Shown in pieces: positions 57,154 to 64,000 of a DNA stretch of 64,000 bases; positions within the stretch are counted from its first letter, which is position 1, and each line of letters starts with the position of its first letter. The stretch lies in assembly GCA_018970245.1 (NCBI GenBank), contig JAGWWT010000004.1, positions 785-64,784 on the forward strand. Direction: 5' to 3'. Position numbers and translations under genes: made by a program. This stretch comes from Patescibacteria group bacterium. Its GTDB lineage: Bacteria; Patescibacteriota; Minisyncoccia; Phycocordibacterales; PALSA-1337. A model generated the notes under the pieces. It was given only the letters and a program-made list of their open reading frames with translations, ran no database searches and was not told the DNA's origin.

Positions 57154-57512
57154 ACTTAACCAAGCCGATTGAGGTACGAATTGTCCGCCAGCTCTCGTAT
57201 GAGAACGGCGATAAATTTTACACCACGGGCGTTTACAGCATTTCAGAACTGGCCCACGGCAAAATAATCAACGGGAGGCTTAAATCGGGTGCGCTCTCCG
57301 CCAGCCCGGAGCGACATCATCCAACGTTCACGACCGATGATGAAGAGGCGGCTTATTATCGACTTTTCAACGCTGCGCCGAAGATGCTGGCAATGCTGAA
57401 AGAAATCGGCGCAGTCTCTCGCGGCGTTACCGTGAAAAGTCATTGGCCCAAAGATTTTGCGGAACGAGTGTCGCGGCTCATCGCCGAAATAGAAGGGAAG
57501 AGCGGCCAATGA
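57138..57512 (+). CDS. Hypothetical protein (124 aa)
   Basis: ORF. Confidence 0.45.
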   Translation: MPEAIDLTKPIEVRIVRQLSYENGDKFYTTGVYSISELAHGKIINGRLKSGALSASPERHHPTFTTDDEEAAYYRLFNAAPKMLAMLKEIGAVSRGVTVKSHWPKDFAERVSRLIAEIEGKSGQ

Positions 57513-57907
57513 CACTAAAGCAGATCGAGGAAAGCGCAGAAGGCGGCCATATCACATTCCAAGGCGTGAGCTATCAGGATGCAGAGTCTTTCTTATGCTC
57601 CAGGTTCGGCTTCTGTGGATGCGGCTCTCCCGAAAAGGCGTTGGAGTACATGCTCCGAATAATGGGGGCGCTGGAATATCAAGAAGTTGCCATATCAACG
57701 CAGTCTGGCCTTTATCCGGACTGGAATAAGTTCTTTAACTCAGAAGAGGAGCGAATGGTAATATTTTACCTACTCGATGATAAAGGGCTTACCACGCACG
57801 GAACCGGGCTATCCACTGGCGGTTGGCTTACGCTGGAAGGGAGACAGGTACTTGATTGGCTAAGAGAGTGGAAACGACAACAAACCGTAGAAGGGAAGAG
57901 CGAATGA
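57509..57907 (+). CDS. Hypothetical protein (132 aa) with CGCG cysteine cluster
   Basis: Internal Met of track ORF 57443, ATGA-coupled. Confidence 0.45.
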   Translation: MTLKQIEESAEGGHITFQGVSYQDAESFLCSRFGFCGCGSPEKALEYMLRIMGALEYQEVAISTQSGLYPDWNKFFNSEEERMVIFYLLDDKGLTTHGTGLSTGGWLTLEGRQVLDWLREWKRQQTVEGKSE

Positions 57908-57936
57908 AATCCATTCCGACGACGTAGTACCGTATT

Positions 57937-58233
57937 ATGACTGAACTCACCCCCAACGAACGTACCCGGCTCGAAACCATGCACGCGAGCCGATTGAAGG
58001 GCAATCCTCGCGCATGGACCTTAGACGAGGACCTGCTGCTCATCGAATTAAAACGCCAGCGCATACCGCTGGCCATCATTCGCCTGTCCTTCCCCAAGCG
58101 TAACCGCTATGCGATCATCGGCCGCATTAGCACACTGGAGGAAATAGGTATCACGGGACTCGCACGTAAACACAAACCAAAACCCAAACCCCCAGAAGAA
58201 AAAGGATGGCGATGGGTGCCGCAAAATTGGTAA
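57937..58233 (+). CDS. Myb/SANT-like HTH DNA-binding protein
   Basis: WTLDEDLLLIELKRQRIPLAIIRLSFPKRNRYAIIGRIST fits the W..EED..L......IA.....R. pattern. Confidence 0.4.
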   Translation: MTELTPNERTRLETMHASRLKGNPRAWTLDEDLLLIELKRQRIPLAIIRLSFPKRNRYAIIGRISTLEEIGITGLARKHKPKPKPPEEKGWRWVPQNW

Positions 58234-58607
58234 TGGACAAACCTGAATTCCAGCAAACCGAAGGCTTCCAGCCGCAGTTTACCGACTTCGAGCGGTTCAT
58301 GTTCGCGCTCTATGCTTACAGCCAAGGCATCGAGGAGTTTAATGCCAAGGTACGGGCTATCATGAATTTACGCCGGTATCCGGATAAAGAGACGGTATTC
58401 GCTCGTGATGACGGCTCACTCGAAGGGCAATTCAAGCGATTAAAACGGCTGGCTACCGATGCGGAAAATCTATACAAAAAATGCAATTTAGCTTTACTAC
58501 CGAATGGCGCACCACCGAAATTCGAGATTTCGAGCGAGAGTGCTACGACCCTCGTGATTTCGCCAGAATCTGCGATGGATTTCAGCGGGCCTTTCATCGA
58601 GAGTTAG
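58206..58607 (+). CDS. Hypothetical protein (133 aa)
   Basis: ORF. Its 3-prime end overlaps the next ORF in another frame. Confidence 0.35.
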   Translation: MAMGAAKLVMDKPEFQQTEGFQPQFTDFERFMFALYAYSQGIEEFNAKVRAIMNLRRYPDKETVFARDDGSLEGQFKRLKRLATDAENLYKKCNLALLPNGAPPKFEISSESATTLVISPESAMDFSGPFIES

Positions 58608-59011
58608 AAGAGATGCAGGCGCTCAAGAATTGGGCCGCCGAGCAATCTGACGCAACGGGTGTGGCGCTGGACACGATCCTTGCCGACGCCGGCAAAGAGT
58701 TCGCACCTATCGTGCGTAAATCGAATTTCCTGCAAGAACGCAGGAAAGAAATCGAAGCACGTATGGCCGCTCGGCGCGGGGAGCAAAACCCATTGCTTAC
58801 GCAACCGCTGCCCGAGAACAAAGACCAGCGTATTCTGGCCGAACCCGAGTACATGGTACTCTTGAATGACGATCTTTCGGATCCATCGCATTATTCCACA
58901 CCGCTCGCCAAACACGTAGCACGCCAGAACCGGGCCAAGCTCGATCGAGCGACCGCTACTGTAGCGGCGGCAGAAGAAAAATCCAAAGCATTGAAAAGGA
59001 GAGGAAGATGA
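58481..59011 (+). CDS. Hypothetical protein; start uncertain (58481 or Met at 58613)
   Basis: ORF with a natural-looking sequence. Overlaps the previous ORF by 127 nt. Confidence 0.4.
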   Translation: MQFSFTTEWRTTEIRDFERECYDPRDFARICDGFQRAFHRELEEMQALKNWAAEQSDATGVALDTILADAGKEFAPIVRKSNFLQERRKEIEARMAARRGEQNPLLTQPLPENKDQRILAEPEYMVLLNDDLSDPSHYSTPLAKHVARQNRAKLDRATATVAAAEEKSKALKRRGR

Positions 59012-59199
59012 GCATTTTTGATGAAATTACTCAGGTCGGCTTATACGTGCCGCCAACTGGTCCATTTGGTATCGGCAACCATGACGATCGGGCCGATGCG
59101 CTGTTCTACGCGCTGAAATGCCTACCACGCATTCGCTGGTATCATAGGGCGTGGCGATGGCTGAAAAACCTTTTCAAACACAAAGGCCCGGCAGGATAA
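59008..59199 (+). CDS. Small hypothetical protein (63 aa), last gene of rightward block
   Basis: ORF. Confidence 0.35.
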   Translation: MSIFDEITQVGLYVPPTGPFGIGNHDDRADALFYALKCLPRIRWYHRAWRWLKNLFKHKGPAG

Positions 59200-59249
59200 A
59201 ACCTACCGGACCTTTTGGAGTTAGAAAGGAGCTATACCAATGAAGAAAC

Positions 59250-59807
59250 CTATGCGGAATGCACCGATCCCCAGTATGCTGCAAGAGCACAGAAGAACGT
59301 GTAGCTCTTACCCGCAGCGATAGTCACCGCGGCGTTCTGCGCACCGGCGTCGATGTACTCACCTGTCGCCGGATATACGTCCAGCGTGTGAGCACCGGCA
59401 TTTTGTACCGTTATCTCCGCTCCCGGCGTGCCCGCAGGCAGCTTTACGCTATCACCATCCGCTGCCACGGTCGCCACTCGGTTAAGTGTGGTCGTAAGCG
59501 GTACGGCACTCGCCTGACCCCCGCCCGAATGAGCGGTGATGCCATTCGTGAAGCTTAGGGTGGGTAGTAGCGTACTTAGCCCAGCCGCACGCGAGGGGAA
59601 ATGATTCGAGCCGAAGTTAGCTGGAATGTAATTCCCATTGCCGTCAATATACGGCGGATCGCACAGCCACGCCTCGTCCACCTGCGTTCCGTCCGCCAAT
59701 GCACCATTGGCTACCACATCATTGTAGATCGTGCTATTGGCATCGGCCACGCCATATAGCGGATAACCGGGCGAACCGAGTTTCGTATAAACACATACTT
59801 TTGCCAT
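59250..59807 (-). CDS. Hypothetical virion/fibre-associated protein (185 aa)
   Basis: ORF at the end of the leftward fibre cluster. Gly/Ala-rich. Confidence 0.45.
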   Translation of the reverse strand: MAKVCVYTKLGSPGYPLYGVADANSTIYNDVVANGALADGTQVDEAWLCDPPYIDGNGNYIPANFGSNHFPSRAAGLSTLLPTLSFTNGITAHSGGGQASAVPLTTTLNRVATVAADGDSVKLPAGTPGAEITVQNAGAHTLDVYPATGEYIDAGAQNAAVTIAAGKSYTFFCALAAYWGSVHSA

Positions 59808-59836
59808 AATTGAAAATCTCCTTGAAGGTTAAAAAG

Positions 59837-60523
59837 TTATTGGTAATGACAGTAAACAGCGATCGACGCAGTTTCTTTCGTTGCTACAGCCGCCGTGGTT
59901 TTATGCCAGTAAAGAGTGGCCCCAGCGACGATAACATGCCGCGGTGATACGAGCGAGGCTGCGGCGCATTGCGGCGAACCCAGTGATGGATTTGCGCTCG
60001 ATACGATGTCGTCGTATGCGCCTGCGGCAGTGCCCACCTTGGTCGTAGAATTACTCGTGTATCCCGCCGTATCGTTACCACCCGTAATCACCACTCCGTC
60101 GATCACTACATTACCACCATGCGGCGTGAAGATAGCGACCAAACCCGTATCGGTCTGATCGACAGAATTCACCGTGTACTTTAATTCATTGGTCGCAGCG
60201 TTAATATACCCATCGACCGTCGATTGCGAGGCCACCGGAAGACTTGCGACGAAGGTTACCGGCCCCGTAATAAAATGCGCGGAATCTGCGGCTGTGATCT
60301 TGCTGGCACTATAGGCCTGGTCTGTGCCGATTATGCCGCCGTTAGTCGTGGCCGCGGTCCACGCGCTATCCACATACGCATCGGTCTGCGAAATGCCGTA
60401 CACAATATCGCCGCCGATACCCGTGGATGTCGGGACCAATGGCTTGTAGATAATGCGCGTGGTCTGCGCTTGAGCAAGGAGCGGCAGAGCCAAGAGCGCC
60501 ACCGCGAGAAGAAGTCGTTTCAT
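59837..60523 (-). CDS. Secreted protein with Sec signal peptide (228 aa)
   Basis: N-terminus MKRLLLAVALLALPLLAQAQT. Thr/Ser/Gly/Ala-rich beta-like body. Confidence 0.5.
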   Translation of the reverse strand: MKRLLLAVALLALPLLAQAQTTRIIYKPLVPTSTGIGGDIVYGISQTDAYVDSAWTAATTNGGIIGTDQAYSASKITAADSAHFITGPVTFVASLPVASQSTVDGYINAATNELKYTVNSVDQTDTGLVAIFTPHGGNVVIDGVVITGGNDTAGYTSNSTTKVGTAAGAYDDIVSSANPSLGSPQCAAASLVSPRHVIVAGATLYWHKTTAAVATKETASIAVYCHYQ

Positions 60524-60531
60524 GATTGGTC

Positions 60532-60951
60532 TTAGTTAAGAATAACAGTGAAGTCGAACTCCTTGACGATAGTGTCCTGGCCGTTCGGGTTGGTAAAAAC
60601 AACAGTCGCGTGATATACTCCTGCAACGTGGGGCGCGTTGAACAGGAATATCGGCACGGTGGGGGCGGTCGAGTAGATAACGAAGGGTAATGGGTATTGG
60701 TTCTTCGCAATACCACCCTGCCAGATAGTAGGGTCTGGACCGGTAATAGATACCGTCAAACTTGGCAGTGAGTTCTGGCCACCGCCATCCAGCCCCGTAA
60801 GCGATTGCCCATTCGTGTATCCCGCGCTGATCCAGTTCAACGCCGTGTAAACTGGTGACGACGGATTCGTAAAATCCGCAGTCACCACGCCGTTCGGTAG
60901 CCGGATGGCCACCTTGTCCGAATTTGCACCGTCTGTGTAAAAATATTTCAT
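60532..60951 (-). CDS. Hypothetical protein (139 aa)
   Basis: ORF. Confidence 0.45.
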   Translation of the reverse strand: MKYFYTDGANSDKVAIRLPNGVVTADFTNPSSPVYTALNWISAGYTNGQSLTGLDGGGQNSLPSLTVSITGPDPTIWQGGIAKNQYPLPFVIYSTAPTVPIFLFNAPHVAGVYHATVVFTNPNGQDTIVKEFDFTVILN

Positions 60952-61109
60952 GGCATGTACATATCGATCGGTGGCTGCGCTTTCATCTCAAGGTCAACGA
61001 TGATCGCCCCATCCATCGAGTCTAATTCCGTTTCATATCCAGCACCGGGTTCTATGCCACCCAATGGCGCGGCCCCGGATTCCGATGATACTTGTGTGTC
61101 TGGCATATC

Positions 61110-63302
61110 CTAATAACTTCGCCATGCGGCATCCAAATACAAATACTTGCCGATCGCGCCGGAGGCGATCACGGTGCCGGTTGTCGCATAGGCGGTATTG
61201 TTGAAAATAAAAAGGATTTGTCCATCGGTGCCGCTGGGCATCGTTATAGCGAAGGCTGCGGTCTCCGTACCCTCTTCGATCTTTACAATAGATGCGCCGG
61301 GTATGGTGATGCCGGCATTGTTGGCTTCTACGGTGTCGGGAACCCAAATCCATTGAGGCATTCCATTGTTCAGTGAGCCGCCCGCTGTGTAGTTAACGAG
61401 CTTCGCATCGGAGCCTAATGCCGAAATGCTTCCTACCTGTTGCAAGCTTTGAAGCGTTGTGCCGGATGAGCCGGGAATAGGCAAGTCGAATTTTAGCGCA
61501 CCGGGAGTTCCGGTTCCCGTGCCTTTACCAGATGCAATCGTTACGGAGCCTCCCGCGAGATTCGTTCCGTTTGCGCCGGAGCCGTTGATGGTATAGCTGA
61601 CGCCCGCCGAACCACTGTAGGCTGTAATTCCAGAGCCATAATAAACATTCGTAATGTGCCCGTTCCCGTTGACATCGTCGCCGCCAGCCACAAAGACATT
61701 CGACTGCCCATGCGACATCCCCTGATTATAGGCGCTGTAATATCCGAGAAAAATATCGCTTGAGCCAGTCCAATCGTCCAGGCCGGCATAATCGCCTACC
61801 GCAGTATTGTACTGACCGAATCCAACCGCTGCTCCGAGGTTACCGAGTGCACCGTAGCCAATTGCAGTATTAAAACTGTCAGATTGCGGCGTGTAAAGCG
61901 CGTTGTAGCCCAAGGCTGTATTATAGCTTCCAGTTGTACATTTGCCGAGTGACCCAGTACCGAATGCACTATTGTTTATTCCCGCTGTATTCGCATTGAG
62001 AGCGCCTTCGCCGAATGCACTTAAAGAGGCACCGGACGTGTTGGCCTGAAGCGCGGCGTACCCCATAGCTGTGTTGTTTGACCCGGTATTGTTATAAAGT
62101 TCCTGATAGCCGACTGCGCAATTATACGAACCCGTCGCCGCGTGGAGGGCTTGATACCCGACGGCGGTGTTGTATTGACCGCTGTATGCACTCTTGAGCG
62201 CTTCATAGCCTACAGCCGTGTTTCCACTGCTTCCATAGGCAGCGCTCAGAGCATAATAACCGACAGCCGTATTACCCGACCCCGCACCTAAATTTGCGAG
62301 CGCGTTCGAGCCTATGGCGGTGCTTCCCGCTGCACTTGGCGTATTACCAGCGAGCGCCTTATACCCAACGGCTGTAATATCAGTTCCCGCCGTTACCGTG
62401 TGTGCCGCCAAATCACCTATCGCGGTGTTATCCGCGCCCGTGGTTGAGGCGCTCGCTGCGCCGCCAGCATACCAGCTTGTGCTCACTCCATAATTCGTTC
62501 CGGGTAGCGCACTCCACACTGGCGCTTGTGCGGTTCCTGTCGTTGCGGTAGAGGTTAGCGATTCGATATAATTATTCGTATTGCCCGCGAGCCGCGCCGC
62601 CGTCGGTGTCGCATTCTCGTAGATAATATCGCCGAGCGTTGTCATTGGATTTGTCATTCCACCGCCGCCCGTCGGTACATGCAGCGCCGTATCTGCTACG
62701 TGCGCGGCCCGTGACGAATCGGCATAGCCTGCGTGCTCGGCGGAGTCCAGCACCAGCGCGTGGTTCACTGTTTTTGCGGTGTCTGCGAAATGGGCTTTAG
62801 CGGCAGTGTCGGCATAATGCGCGAGCTTTGAAGTATCGGCGAAGTGTGTAACTTTGCTGGTGTCCGCAATATGGGAAGCTCGCACAGAATCGACCGAGCC
62901 GCCGCTTGCCGTCACCCAGCGCGGAGCGAAGACATCACCGAAGGAAGTCCACACTTTCGCTGAGTCTGAATGCCGAGAAAATGTCGAACCCGCTACCGTA
63001 TATTGCCACAAGGAATCGCTCGCAACGGAAAAGAAATCCACTTGGGTATAGGGTCCATTCACCAGGCTTGCGAGCGTCCGTCCATTGATCTTCTGCGCGA
63101 AATAAACTGGCGTATCGCTGAAGGTATGGTGAAGTTTGAGATAGCTCCATACCGAGTCAACATTCGTATTGTTGTTTGGTGAGTAAAGAACGAGAGCCGC
63201 TGTCTGCTGCTGTGCTTGCTGAAGGCGTGCCCATTTGATGCCCTCGTATTGTGCGTGGGCAGTCGTCGCTATGAGCAGGATGAGCAGGGGAAGACGGCGC
63301 AT
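61110..63302 (-). CDS. Tail fibre / adhesin-like protein with signal peptide and YadA-head-like NTA(V/I)GY..AL repeats
   Basis: Track ORF 61110..63356. The probable start is the Met at 63302 (MRRLPLLILLIATTAHAQ). A dozen or more tandem repeats of the form GxYNTAVGYxAL. Confidence 0.55.
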   Translation of the reverse strand: MRRLPLLILLIATTAHAQYEGIKWARLQQAQQQTAALVLYSPNNNTNVDSVWSYLKLHHTFSDTPVYFAQKINGRTLASLVNGPYTQVDFFSVASDSLWQYTVAGSTFSRHSDSAKVWTSFGDVFAPRWVTASGGSVDSVRASHIADTSKVTHFADTSKLAHYADTAAKAHFADTAKTVNHALVLDSAEHAGYADSSRAAHVADTALHVPTGGGGMTNPMTTLGDIIYENATPTAARLAGNTNNYIESLTSTATTGTAQAPVWSALPGTNYGVSTSWYAGGAASASTTGADNTAIGDLAAHTVTAGTDITAVGYKALAGNTPSAAGSTAIGSNALANLGAGSGNTAVGYYALSAAYGSSGNTAVGYEALKSAYSGQYNTAVGYQALHAATGSYNCAVGYQELYNNTGSNNTAMGYAALQANTSGASLSAFGEGALNANTAGINNSAFGTGSLGKCTTGSYNTALGYNALYTPQSDSFNTAIGYGALGNLGAAVGFGQYNTAVGDYAGLDDWTGSSDIFLGYYSAYNQGMSHGQSNVFVAGGDDVNGNGHITNVYYGSGITAYSGSAGVSYTINGSGANGTNLAGGSVTIASGKGTGTGTPGALKFDLPIPGSSGTTLQSLQQVGSISALGSDAKLVNYTAGGSLNNGMPQWIWVPDTVEANNAGITIPGASIVKIEEGTETAAFAITMPSGTDGQILFIFNNTAYATTGTVIASGAIGKYLYLDAAWRSY

Positions 63303-63778
63303 TACAGCAGAATGCCGACAAAGACGATATGCACCTTCCATCCCGCCGCACCCCATGATACGGCGTAAATTTTTGTTCCGGCAACGGAATAAACAGGAGT
63401 TCTGGGCGACCCAGACAAGCCCATGCTATTGCTCGCCTGCGGACCCCATACGCTATGAGATCCAGCGTCGGAGGCATCTATTGTAGTCTTCGCATCGTAA
63501 TCAACGTAGGAGCCACCAGATGTTCCAAGCTCGATTGTATCCGTTGTCTTCGTTCCCCCCGCAGTATCGGTTACCTGGAAATACCACGAGAACCCCGCCA
63601 ACGTTCGTCCGCTTGGCACGGTGTAAACGAGAATCGTATCAGGCGTCGTAGTGGTGATGTCGTTCGATGACCACACCCATCCCGGCCCAGAAGGAGCCTG
63701 ATCCGCGCGTTGCCACTCCTGTGCATGTACGAGTGATGGAAGAAATACTATCGCTAAAAGAATAAAGAGTTTTTTCAT
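63302..63778 (-). CDS. Secreted protein with Sec signal peptide (158 aa)
   Basis: N-terminus MKKLFILLAIVFLPSLVHAQ. Thr/Gly-rich. Confidence 0.5.
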   Translation of the reverse strand: MKKLFILLAIVFLPSLVHAQEWQRADQAPSGPGWVWSSNDITTTTPDTILVYTVPSGRTLAGFSWYFQVTDTAGGTKTTDTIELGTSGGSYVDYDAKTTIDASDAGSHSVWGPQASNSMGLSGSPRTPVYSVAGTKIYAVSWGAAGWKVHIVFVGILL

Positions 63779-63796
63779 CGTTGTGTCCTTAAAAAA

Positions 63797-64000
63797 TTAC
63801 CAGGAAACCCAGTTCGATCCAGTATAATACAATCGCTCCACCGCGCCATTGGTCGAGAGTACGACGCCAGAGCTACCCGCTGTGCCGTCGATCGTCGAGC
63901 CATCAGTCGTTTTGATCGTGATGTTATGCGTGGCCGCTTCGCGCGTCTCGTCCTTTATCACTACAAAATATCCGGCAGTTAGTCCTGTAGCAGGCAAGTC
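63797..64000 (-). CDS. C-terminal fragment of a protein whose N-terminus lies beyond the right edge
   Basis: Track ORF 63797..63997 reaches the window end with the frame still open. C-terminus ...LYYTGSNWVSW. Confidence 0.35.
   Translation of the reverse strand, partial: DLPATGLTAGYFVVIKDETREAATHNITIKTTDGSTIDGTAGSSGVVLSTNGAVERLYYTGSNWVSW

Noticed and set aside
59188-59222. Convergent-junction terminator between the rightward early block and leftward fibre block
   Set aside because: Only an imperfect CCGGcAGG/CCTaCCGG stem with a 4-T run. Too weak to call from sequence alone.
61033-61376. Overlapping minus (61033..61353) and plus (61092..61376) ORFs at the 3-prime end of the fibre gene
   Set aside because: Both overlap the C-terminal coding region of 61110..63302 and are His/Arg/Cys-rich, so spurious.
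1-64000. CRISPR array, integrase/attachment sites, or diversity-generating retroelement
   Set aside because: No regularly spaced direct repeats with unique spacers. No tyrosine- or serine-recombinase-like ORF. No reverse-transcriptase motif near the repeat-rich fibre genes. The window looks like the interior of a phage genome.

Overview
This 64 kb window looks like one contiguous tailed-phage genome segment, either a lytic phage or a prophage interior. It is gene-dense on both strands, with chains of ATGA/TGATG overlapping genes and no integrase, tRNA, rRNA or CRISPR array. Positions 1..~31000 on the minus strand form a late/structural operon (listed in transcription order, high to low coordinates): small and large terminase (Walker A GGAKAGGKS), portal, scaffold, major capsid, about ten small virion proteins, 1101-aa and 513-aa virion proteins, a 2086-aa protein with an N-terminal lytic-transglycosylase motif (GAMGRYQFMPQT), a lysis cassette (GH108 endolysin, holin-like membrane proteins), and a tail-fibre-like gene that runs off the left edge. 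Positions ~31000-32800 are a divergent control region with a bidirectional intrinsic terminator, a small leftward operon, a near-consensus sigma70 promoter and a highly structured leader. Positions 32800-59200 on the plus strand form an early/replication-recombination module: DnaB-type helicase, a replisome-organizer gene with internal iteron-like repeats, an HTH regulator flanked by two ~0.5 kb non-coding regions, many small Zn-ribbon proteins, an RHH+HNH pair, a 0.5 kb hairpin-dense non-coding segment, an SSB, an SbcC-like ATPase, NinB-, Cas4- and RusA-like nucleases, a SAM methyltransferase and a DnaN-like sliding clamp. Positions 59250-64000 on the minus strand hold fibre-like and secreted proteins that continue off the right edge. 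Shine-Dalgarno sites and the sigma70-type promoter suggest a host with canonical bacterial expression signals. I could not place the host, and no single known defence system is evident. The most unusual elements are the non-coding structured RNAs, the repeat arrays, the signal-peptide-bearing fibre proteins and the clamp-without-polymerase replication module.
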